A DNA stretch of 64,000 nt from Octopus sinensis (taxonomy: Eukaryota): positions 46,190,001 through 46,254,000 of the forward strand of contig NC_043014.1 in the NCBI RefSeq assembly GCF_006345805.1, given 5' to 3'. Positions 25,101 to 33,964 of this stretch are shown in pieces. Below the pieces are notes generated by a model. The model was not told where the DNA came from and did no database searches. It saw only the letters and a list, made by a program, of their open reading frames with translations. A program made the translations under genes and the position numbers. Position 1 is the first letter of the stretch. Every line of letters begins with the position of its first letter.

Positions 25101-27531
25101 TAATTGGGAGTAATTTAAGATACTTATTTTTCATAAACTGATATTAATAGCTTTTGGAATACCACTTAAGATTCTTACATATATAATGTAAGGTTGGCAC
25201 ATCCATGCCAGTGGCACGTAAAAGACACCATTCGAGCGTGATCGTTACCAGCATCGCCTTACTGGCACCTGTGCCGGTGGCATGTGTAAAAGATTCGAGC
25301 CAGGTTGTTGCCAGTACTGCCTGACTGGCCCCGTGCTGGTTGCACATAAAAGCACCCGCTACACTCTCGGAGTGGTTGGCGTTAGGAAGGGCATCCAGCT
25401 GTAACTCTGCCAGATCAAGATTGGAGCCTGGTGCAGCCATCTGGTTCGCCAGCCCTCAGTCATTCGTCCAACCCATGCTAGCATGGAAAGCGGACGTTAA
25501 ACGATGACGGTTTTAATTTAAATATAGTCATTTTAAAATAAGCAGCTGAATATAACAATGAGGATTAATTTTAAAACAAGTCTAGACAACAATTAGTCCT
25601 ATTTTAAAAAGGATTTCATCAAAAACCTTATGAATAAAATCGTGTTCCAAGCCACTTTAATAAATGGCAAATTTTTACTAAGTTCATTATTTTCCAAATT
25701 GAAATCAAAAACCAAAATCAAATTCGATGACTGGCGTCCGTGCTAGCGGGATGCAAAGAGCACCATACGAGTGTGATCATTGACAGAGCGGCTAACCGGC
25801 TTCCGTGCCAGTAGCACTTAAAAGGCACCATTTGAGCGTGATCATTACCAGCGTCGCACTACTGGCACTCAAGCACCGTGCTTGTAGGGTATTAAGAGCA
25901 CCAACTGAGCGTGATCGTTGCCAGAGCGGCTATCTGGCCTCTGTGCCGGTGGCACATAAAAAAAACACCATTTGAGCGTGATCTTTATCAGCATCTCCTT
26001 ACTGGCCCCGTGCCGGTGGCACGTAAAAGCACCCGCTACACTCTCGGAGTGGTTGGTGTTAGGAAGGGCATCCAGCTGTAGAAACCGCCATTTCACTGGT
26101 TCGCCAGCCCTCAGTCATTCGTCCAACCCATGCTAGCATGGAAAGCGAACATTAAACGATGATGATGATGAAACAAAACCATTGCTCTTCAATAAGTATT
26201 AGGTCAAAGATGGAAAATTGACAGGGGTAGTATATTGAAGGGAAAGAACTAGTACAATTTCCAATTTATACCTTATGAAATTTGACAAACACTAGAGTCG
26301 ACCCGATAGCAACTACATGGTCACTCGATATGCTAGACATAGCAATCAAGTTTTCCTTAAATCACATCCAACTTAACAGCATGTTGAAAACCAAACTCAA
26401 TGATTGTAGCCAAAATATTTTTGGCATTCTTTCAGTTTGTGATCACAAAATGAAAGTGAAAGTAATGCTGTCACCCTGCTCTATTTCTTTGGGTTCCAAT
26501 ACTTTTAGGAATGGAAAGCACACTTTCACAAAAATGTTTATTTTCCCACCTCACAAACTTTTTTTGTAGAGGCTGGGCAATTCGATATTTGAAAATACAG
26601 ATGACTGAAAAAATTTCAAAATTTATTTCAGAAATATGGTAAAATATAGAGTGGTTGTATACTGTCAACATAACGTGACAGTCCCGTAAAGGGAATTACA
26701 CCACCGCTGTTTAGCCCTAGGAAGCATCAACACTTCCTGTCGGCCTTGACACATTTCCTGTGTCCTTATATATTTACGCTCCACCAGTCCTTTACTTGTT
26801 TCAGTCATTTGACTGCAGCCATGCTGGAGCACTGCCTTTAATCGAGCAACTCGACCCCAGGACTTATTCTTTTGTAAGCCCAGTACTTATTCTATCGGTC
26901 TATTTTGCCTTACATATCTCTGAGATATTTAGAAATTTAATATTTCTGATTTTGGTGATCAGTGAATAAACTTCACTGAAAATAAATAAAATAAAAATAT
27001 ACATATATATATATATATATATATTTACGAAGTCCAGACAGATATCTTCAGCTAGCAGGCCTTTGCTACTCTAGACTGATGATGGGCAAAGACCCAGAAA
27101 CATGCGTGTCTCTAGATGCAGGCCTAGCTATTGGGGGTATTTGTCTCCCCTTCGTAAATAAATAAGGACACAGTAAATGTGTCGAGGCCGACAGGAAGCA
27201 TTCGATGCTTCTTAGGGCTCAACAGCGGTGGTGTAATTCCCTTACGGGACTGTCACGTTAAGTTGACAGTATACAACCACTCTATTGCTCCACCACCGTA
27301 CATATCTCTATGGGGTATTTAGAAATACAATATTACTGATTTTGGTAAAATATATAATAGTAGAAAAAACAGAAAGCTACAAACCTGCATTTTGTTCAAA
27401 GCAAGTCCAATTAAATTACGTATCTTACTGCCATAGTGGACTGTCATAACAATATCGTCTTTCTGTAATTCCAAATGGGGGCCTTTAGACTCCTCGACAG
27501 TGACAACATCTCCTTTAGTGTAGTTTTCCAT
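19027..27531 (-). CDS. RPP25L: Alba-domain RNase P/MRP subunit p25-like protein, 181 aa, six coding exons: 27531-27385, 24941-24849, 24758-24724, 23208-23167, 21706-21632, 19180-19027
   Basis: All introns are GT-AG and phase-compatible; CDS is 546 nt. Translation MENYTKGDVV...VHYGSKIRNLIGLALNKMQ|NSNTKRIVWTGSGPAITKTITCAEIMKHKIE|GLHQLNKLAYER|VKESWLPKIKGLEK|LIVNRDIPCISILLSKDQLDVNEPG|YQAPGK...GRSL* matches the RPP25/RPP25L motifs GSKIRNL, GSG-A--K---CAEI, GLHQL and LLSRDPLD-NE-GYQ-PG. Confidence 0.93.
19258..19605 (-). mobile_element. SINE family C copy
   Basis: Reverse complement of the family C head and tail (tail CCAGCATGGCC...TGACTGGAACAAGTAAAA), internally deleted. Confidence 0.85.
19665..20250 (-). 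mobile_element. Diverged relative of the 3' part of the 12.5-14.6 kb ORF1-like element
   Basis: Minus-strand peptide EEYCIGIIDSK resembles KKCAVVIIDDSK at ~13520-13560. The 3' end TGTGTCCCC...GTGTCCCCTCTGTGTAA resembles 14550-14590. Confidence 0.45.
20338..20850 (-). mobile_element. 5'-truncated RTE LINE 3' end with (GAT)n tail
   Basis: GGTTGG(C/T)GTTAGGAAGGGCATCCAGCTGTAGAAA...CATGCTAGCATGGAAAACGGACGTTAAACGATGATG family. Other copies at ~15385-15535, 23533-23745, 25200-25510, 25715-26170, 37460-37700, 46725-46900, 50365-50630, 53290-53690, 53990-54375, 54914-55233 and 55338-55695. Confidence 0.75.
21109..21581 (+). mobile_element. piggyBac-like MITE tandem dimer (TTAA|CCCTTT...AAAGGG|TTAA)
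   Basis: TTAA flanks, CCCTTT/AAAGGG termini, two ~245-bp units joined by the linker ATATATAATAGAGAAACAATTC. Confidence 0.85.
21632..21706 (-). CDS. RPP25L: RPP25-like coding exon 5
   Basis: TTTTACAG|GTTAATT...CCAGG|GTTTGT; LIVNRDIPCISILLSKDQLDVNEP(G). Confidence 0.92.
22520..22996 (+). mobile_element. piggyBac-like MITE tandem dimer, second insertion
   Basis: Same structure and linker as 21109-21581 but different outer flanks. Confidence 0.85.
23167..23208 (-). CDS. RPP25L: RPP25-like coding exon 4
   Basis: TTTTTAG|AGTCAAAG...GAAAA|GTAAGT; VKESWLPKIKGLE(K). Confidence 0.9.
24724..24758 (-). CDS. RPP25L: RPP25-like coding exon 3
   Basis: TTTTCAG|GGCCTTCAT...GAAAG|GTAAAT; GLHQLNKLAYE(R). 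Confidence 0.92.
24849..24941 (-). CDS. RPP25L: RPP25-like coding exon 2
   Basis: TTGCAG|AATTCC...ATAGAG|GTTGAG; 93 nt. Confidence 0.92.
26646..27285 (+). mobile_element. Penelope-like element (PLE) remnant with inverted terminal segment and hammerhead ribozyme
   Basis: ~130-bp inverted arms 26646-26778 and 27153-27285. Starts next to a (TA)n run. Contains the hammerhead at 27050-27129. A flanking segment is duplicated (26778-26960 vs 27287-27347). Confidence 0.65.
27050..27129 (+). ncRNA. Type I hammerhead ribozyme, intact core
   Basis: Stem I TCTAGA (27070-75) / TCTAGA (27111-16); CTGATGA 27076-82; stem II TGGG-caaaga-CCCA; GAAA 27097-100; stem III AC-ATGCGT-GT; cleavage triplet GTC 27108-10. 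Stem I extends through bulges to AGCTAG/CTAGCT. Confidence 0.85.
27385..27531 (-). CDS. RPP25L: RPP25-like coding exon 1 (ATG; exon begins at acceptor 27550)
   Basis: ORF 27319..27531. Donor CAG|GTTTGT. Upstream acceptor TTCTCAACAG implies a further non-coding exon. Confidence 0.93.
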
Positions 27532-27909
27532 GTTTTGATATGGAAGAGAGCTGTTGAGAATAGGGAAAGCAAAAATTTAGTTTTGAATGAGAAAAGAGAA
27601 AAAAATCAGTTTTATAGGCACAAACATTGGTCGTGTGGTTAAGCAGCTTGCTTTGCAGGCATGCGATTTTGGGTTCAGTCTCAGTACACAGTACCTTTGG
27701 CAAGTGCCTTCGATAGCCCTGAGCCAACAAAATGCCTTGGTGAGTGAACTTGGCAGATGGAAACTGTGTAGAAGCCCGTTTGTGTGAGCACTGAAACTAA
27801 TATTGGTAATGAAAAACTCAAAATCAAATTCAAATTCGATGATTGGCGTCCATGCTAGCAGGGTGCAAAGAGCACCACCCGAGCATGATCATTGACAGAG
27901 CAGTTAACT

Positions 27910-28306
27910 GGTTTGAACGGCAGTTTTTTAAAATAATTTCCACATAACTAAACACTTTTAAACTTCGTATACTGGTAGAATGCGTTTATAAAACATCTTT
28001 TTCTCTTGGCTTTATTGAGAAAATTCTATAGTTTCTAAGATATTTGTTGTTTTTTCTTCTTCAATTTCTGCAATTTCAACCAATCACTGACGTCTATTGA
28101 GGTGAAAACATTCTGTGCCGTATGAATATGTCCCTTGTTTAAGAAACAGATTGGGTTTATTTACATTTCTGAAGAAAAAAAAGATACCCTTCCCCCCACC
28201 CCTAACACAGATTGAAATGCAATAGATCGATACTGGGGTCATAAATATAGGTGACAATTTCATATAACACCGCTAGAAAAAACTGCCGTTCAAACCGAAA
28301 AGATCC
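27910..28306. mobile_element. Second copy of the GGGATC-TIR MITE (left end truncated)
   Basis: High similarity to 15885-16279 throughout; ends ACTGCCGTTCAAACCGAAAAGATCC. Confidence 0.85.
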
Positions 28307-28401
28307 TTTTCCTTACCATAGGCCCAATATGTAGTCACTTCACTTGCTAGAAATCGGGACCAGATATCCTTGTAACTATATCAGTTAATCTAACAGCTAA
28401 A

Positions 28402-29211
28402 GGTGACCACTACTACATATTAAGTTTATCTCGGACTACAGGGTTTTAAGGGTACTATTTAAGAAGAGTGGTCCCGGTGCGCGTATCCGCGCTAGCCAGT
28501 CGTGACTAGTTGATCCTTACTTTGTGTTTTTGTTTTATTTACTTTGTTTTAAAAATTATTGGTGATCCTTCGGTATGCGTACCGTAAGTGCCAGAAGTGG
28601 CTTTGTTTACATTTCTGAAGATAACAGAAACCCTTTTCTCCCACCCCTAACCCCCATATATATAAATAAAAAACTTTCTTGAAATGTATCCAGTACTTCC
28701 GATACGTATACCGAAGTTACGCCAAATTACGCTAAAGCAGAGCTGAATAGCACTCATGGCAAACAAATAGCATCAAAGATCATTTGCTGTCTCTAAACAA
28801 ATAACATCTGCTGGTCTAAGAAAGTGAACGGAAAGCGATAAACAGCAGATACATGAATTCAAGATCAAATTTGAAGGAAGAAAGTCTACCAAGTGCGAAA
28901 ATAGTTCGAGTGATGAACAGTAAACAAAAGGAGGCAATAGCAAAATTCTCACCCCACGATCCACCCACCTCCTCTAAGGAAACCGCCGTATGTTCCTCAG
29001 ATTACATTTTATAATCTTAAAACAGGTACTATTTAAGAAGAGTGGTCCCGGTGCGTGCACTCGCGTTAGCTAGTCGTGACTAGTCGATCCTACAACGACG
29101 ACCTAGCAAAGTTAATTTTTTTTTTTTTTTACACAAAGTAAATAATTTTTTTAAAATAAAGTAAATAATTTGGCGTAACTTCGGTATACGTACCGGATAC
29201 ATTTCAAGAAA

Positions 29212-29258
<47 letters not shown>

Positions 29259-29699
29259 GTAAACAGTAAAATTAATTACAGACATGGACAAGAACATGAA
29301 ACACCACAGAGACGACACAAGAACCACAGGACGGGACATTCGAAGCCCTCGGTCATCAGTCAAGAACCAGATCATCTTAGCAATTTCGGCTGATTAATCT
29401 TGAGATTGCTCCGATATGGCCAGCCCGCCATATATATATATATATATATGGGGTTAGGGGTGAAAGAAAAAGGTTTCTGTTATCTTCAGAAATGTAAACA
29501 AAGTCACTTACAGTACGTATACCGAAGGATCCCCAATAATTTTTAAAACAAAGTAAATAAAACACAAAGTAAGGTAAAAACAAGTCACGACTAGCTAGCG
29601 CGGATACGCGAGTGCGCGCACCGGGACCACTCTTCTTAAATAGTACCCTTAAAACACTGTAGCCCGAGATAAACTTAATATATAGTAGTGGTGGTCACC
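28402..29699. repeat. Fold-back structure: ~330-bp inverted arms (28402-28730 vs 29168-29699)
   Basis: GGTGACCACTACTACATATTAAG...GAAGTTACGCCAAATTA is mirrored on the right. The right arm is interrupted by a ~180-bp insert between (TA)n runs. Third partial direct copy at ~29024-29090; related MITE at ~32660-32815. Confidence 0.85.
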
Positions 29700-30511
29700 G
29701 TTCCATCAAGTCGGAGCAAGTGGTTACCATATTCTTCAGATATATACACTTTTAAGCAAAACCAAGCCACTTGTTTTAAAAACGTCTAGTTTACTTCCGT
29801 CACATGTCTGTGGGGGTGAAATAAAAGGATAAAGGTCAAACTTCAGAAAGTTTTGTAACAAGGAAAAAACTGAGTACACACACAAAAAAAAAAAAAAAAA
29901 AGCATAGAGTTTATCTTTTTCTACCCATTTTGTTTGTTCACAGCCGATATTTCACTTTACTCCGTAGCTACAAAGTATCAAGTTTCGAATGAAATAAGTT
30001 CTCGTATGGTTGTCATTTCTTTGAGCCTAAACAATATTTATTTCTTTATTGCCCACAAGGGGCTAAACATAGAAGAGACAAACAAGGACAGACAAGGGGA
30101 TTAAGTCGATTACATCGACCCCAGTGCGTAACTGGTACTTAATTTATCGACCCCGAAAGGGTGAAAGGCAAAGTCGACCTCGGCGGAATTTGAACTCAGA
30201 ACGTTAGACTTTTCCCCCAAGCAAACTACTGACAAAGCCTATTGTATCTATTACAGAAAAGAAAAACAAAATTGAATAGTTCTTTCGACAATTCAAACAT
30301 GAACCCAATGTTTAGCGTTATATACCGTACCTAGGGGAGGAGTTTCGAAGCTAAGTGTCCAAGTAGGACAGCTTATTGCTCTCAATACGAACGGGCAAGA
30401 TAAGCAGGAAAGAATGCAAAGGGCATTTCAGGAAGTCCTGCGTACTTAAAGGAGCGACAAAACGATATAAGATGGTAGAGACAACAACTTAAGCTAAACC
30501 GAGAACTTTTG

Positions 30512-30601
30512 GGCGAAGGTAAAGAATACGCACACCACCCGTTTGTTTGGTGTTTAGGTTTACGCCGAAAACGGGTAGTGTGCGTATTCTTTGCCTCTGC
30601 C
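30512..30601. mobile_element. 90-bp MITE with 33-bp TIRs and 9-bp TSD (Mutator/Merlin-like)
   Basis: GGCGAAGGTAAAGAATACGCACACCACCCGTTT ... AAACGGGTAGTGTGCGTATTCTTTGCCTCTGCC, flanked by GAACTTTTG / GAACTTTGG. Confidence 0.75.
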
Positions 30602-30685
30602 GAACTTTGGTAAATCTATGCTAGGGTAGTATTCGGGTAGGACGTCACAAATATACGGTTTAACCCTTTAGCATTCAAGCTGCTG

Positions 30686-30717
<32 letters not shown>

Positions 30718-30719
30718 CA

Positions 30720-30858
30720 AAAACTGTCCGGCGAACGTGAAACTCAGAGTAACAGGGTTTGTTGAATTTTCTGCTGCTTTTAAATAAAGCATATTACTCT
30801 ACCCCTGGTATTTGAGTACTCTTTTTTCCACCTTGTTTCACATTTATGTGTTTACTCC

Positions 30859-30865
<7 letters not shown>
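30720..30865 (+). mobile_element. Short element inserted in (TA)n, possible PLE fragment (inverted partner 61135-61275)
   Basis: ~140-bp sequence shared in reverse orientation with 61135-61275; both copies are bounded by TA runs. Confidence 0.6.
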
Positions 30866-30891
<26 letters not shown>

Positions 30892-32053
30892 CAATTGCTG
30901 TTTTTACTGAGATCTCCCTTTTTAGTAGAAGAAATAGCTATAACCCTTTGACTGCTATTTCTAAATTCGGTATGTGGTAAGGCAATTCGTTGCTGAACCC
31001 TTATTGCTTAGTATATATATATATATATATATCCACATGGGTTTGAATTAACCATGCATTGCCTGGTTGCTTGGAGATTTTGACGAGGTGTTTGCTTATT
31101 TTTTTTTAGAATAACAATGAAGCATGGGTGCGAGAGACGGGATTTAATCGATTTGAACAATAAAACAGAATATTTTGATCGGATATTGCCGATATATATT
31201 ATATTATATTATATATACAGAGAGAAACAAAGCAGTAAGCAGTTATATTTGCGATACTTGTCTAATTTCTTAGTTGAAAGATATAGCTTTCAGATAAAAA
31301 AAAACAAAAAACTCTGTACTTACCATGCAATACCTACGGCAATGTCAGATATTGTCAGAACAGAAATACGAGGACAGTTGACAATTAATCTACACCTTGA
31401 TCAGGCCAACCATAGAAGTATGACCAAACCAGGACAAACACGTGGAAGAGACACAGAAAAAGTGGCTTTATAAAGGAAGATAACTCCCAGTACTCATATT
31501 AACACACGGGCACCTGGTAGATTATTTAACCGAGCACATTTATTCCTTTATTCATTCTTGGATATGTTTTTAGTCAGCGATTTATAACTATTTCTTTATT
31601 ACCCACCGGGGCCCCCAGACATAGAATGAAACAGAACAACTGATGGGATCAGTGAGACGATATGATTTTACGTTCAAAGGCGGCGAGCTGGCAGAAACGT
31701 AAGCACGCCGGGCGAAACGAGTATCCGTATTTCGTCTGCCGTTACGTTCCGAGTTCAAATTCCGCCGAGGTCGACTTTACCTTTCGTCCTTTCGGGGGTC
31801 GATAAATAAAGTACCAGTTTCGCACTGGGGTCGATGTAATCGACTTAATCCCTTTGTCTGTCCCCTCTATGTTTAGCCCCATGTGGGTAGTAAAGAAATA
31901 GATATGGTTTTACGTATAATATGGCTTTAAAAATTTAATACAATATATAAAAATCGAATGGAATAAACAATACAAATGAAGCGATGATCAGGCCACGCTC
32001 CGACCCCACAAGCCCCAATCTACCACTGGTACCTTCGTTTTTTTTCCTCCGGT

Positions 32054-33214
32054 CTATTCACACGGTTCCTTGCACGCCCAACACTCGTGCAACACGCTTC
32101 CATCTCTTTTGGAACGTACACTCCGACAGACACTTCTCCAGCCACAGCTTCCTTTTCAAATGAAAAGAAAAAAAAAAAAGGATCGTAAATTGTGACCAGA
32201 GATAAAGCTGCCTGTCTTAATTCCTTTTATCCTAGTCTTCCATACAGCCTCTTTTGCTATTGCTACAACCGTGAGAAAGCAATTCTTACCTTCGTTCGTT
32301 AGAACTCCCGGTGGGTCAATTTTTATAATTGACTCAGTCGACAATTCCACTCTTCCTTCTGCATAATCCTATTTCAGTTATAGTCAGCGATTTATAACAC
32401 AATTAGCGGTGTACAAAAATAAAAGTGGGGACATTAATTACATAAATTTACTTCGGAAACAGTTTTACCCGAAAGTCTACTATATGCTGGCATTGATATG
32501 CAAAATAATAATAAAAAATATATGAGATTAATTATAATTAAGAAACAGTCAGTTGAATCCACAAACGAGGTTCGATTCTTGGTTGTAGCTATTTCGTTTA
32601 TGTCTCTCTTGTTAAAAGAAATATTACAATAAAGCTCGCAAGTTTTTTTTTTTTTTTTTTGCGTAACTTCGGTATAAGTACCGGATACATTTCAAGAAAG
32701 ATTTTTTTTAATATATGGGGGGGGGATAGGGTTAGGGGGTGGAGAAAAGGGTTTCCCTTATCTTCAGAAATGTAAACAAAGTTACGTGTGTACCTATACC
32801 GAAGGATCGCCTTTAAAAAAAAAATTCTATGTTCATTGTAAAATTGCGGGGTTTTTTAATTTTAATTATTGTTTTGAAAGATCCTGTTGGCTGGTTAGTG
32901 AGGTGTTGTTTTCAAGAGTTTGCAGTCAATTGTATTCACCGCACCCTGAACAAGACGACTTAGTAATATATTTCCACGATATCGAACCCGATCGAAGAGT
33001 AAGTTAGCTTAGTGTGAAGGAACGTAGCTCGAGTGGAACTTACCAAAGTAAGGTTTATTTGGCTAGATATTGTAAAATAGCCGTTAAAAAAACAAAACAA
33101 TAAAAAACAACGACGGTGTTTCTTTTTTTTTTTTTTGGCATGGAATATATAATGCAGACGTAAATTTTGCATAACGGTTATTGAATATATGATGTCCTAC
33201 CCAGTTCACTATGG
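32054..33214 (-). other. Candidate unannotated spliced small ORF (exons 33214-33201, 33062-33044, 32358-32290, 32151-32054)
   Basis: AG/GT-bounded, phase-compatible blocks give (A)IVNWPNKPYFEGRVELSTESIIKIDPPGVLTNEGSCGWRSVCRSVRSKRDGSVLHECWACKEPCE*. No start codon and no recognised homology. Confidence 0.3.
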
Positions 33215-33346
33215 CTAATAGACAGGGTAAATGGAAGAATACTTTAAGCCGTGATTAAAGGACAAATTAACGCAGAACAATACATACATACATACATACA
33301 CACAACAAAATGATACACACACACACACACATATATATATATATTT

Positions 33347-33637
33347 GGGCCCTTTTCAAGCCTAGCCAGGCTCATGAGCCCAGTTTCTGTAGCGTATATG
33401 TTCCCCGCCAGCTGGACGGGATGCCAGTCCATCGCAGCGTTACTGGATGGAAGAGAGAGTGAGAGAAAGTTGGGGCAAAAGAGTACAACAGGGGTCGCCA
33501 CAACCCCCTGCCAGAGCCTTGTGGAGCTTTAGGTGTTTTCACTCAATAAACACACACAACGCCCGGTCTGGGAATCGAAACCGCGATCTTCCGACTGCAA
33601 GTCCGCTGCCCTAACTATTGGGCCATTGCGCCTCCAC
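33347..33637 (-). mobile_element. SINE family A, tail type 3
   Basis: Family A head plus tail ...GATGGACTGG...CATGAGCCTGGCTAGGCTTGAAAAGGG. Also at 44842-45144 and 51105-51406. Confidence 0.8.
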
Positions 33638-33910
33638 TGCTGTTACTACTGTTGTTGTGCCTGTTGCTGTTGTTGTTTGCGTCTATGGCATTCTTGTTCC
33701 TTTTTGGGGATTTATATATATGTGTGTGTGTTTTGCAAACAATTTGCACATGCAAGTGCTACCAGTCGAGAGCTCGGCATACTGGAAGCCAGCAAGTGTA
33801 TAGGATCATCAGGAGAGAATGCGTGCCGTTTCGAAGCCTACCTCTCAATGGCATCAATGCACACTGCCCCCCCACTCACTGATATGAGGACCCACTTGCT
33901 AGATCAACTA

Positions 33911-33960
<50 letters not shown>

Positions 33961-33964
<4 letters not shown>

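Noticed and set aside
29340-29370. Minus-strand CTGATGA...CGAAT as a hammerhead
   Set aside because: GAAA is GAAT, there is no convincing stem II and no stem I partner.
29450-29460. GGGTTAGGG / CCCTAA as telomeric repeat
   Set aside because: Only one or two units, always internal to the MITE family (also at ~16165, 28200, 28645 and 32730).
31117-31473. 118-aa plus-strand ORF
   Set aside because: No recognisable domain; low-complexity AT-rich start; no supporting splice or promoter context.
31324-31513. Exon-like block with two in-frame TGA codons as a selenoprotein or GPCR fragment (LTISDIAVGIAW)
   Set aside because: That frame is not splice-compatible with the upstream block, no SECIS was recognised, and the GPCR resemblance is only a few residues.
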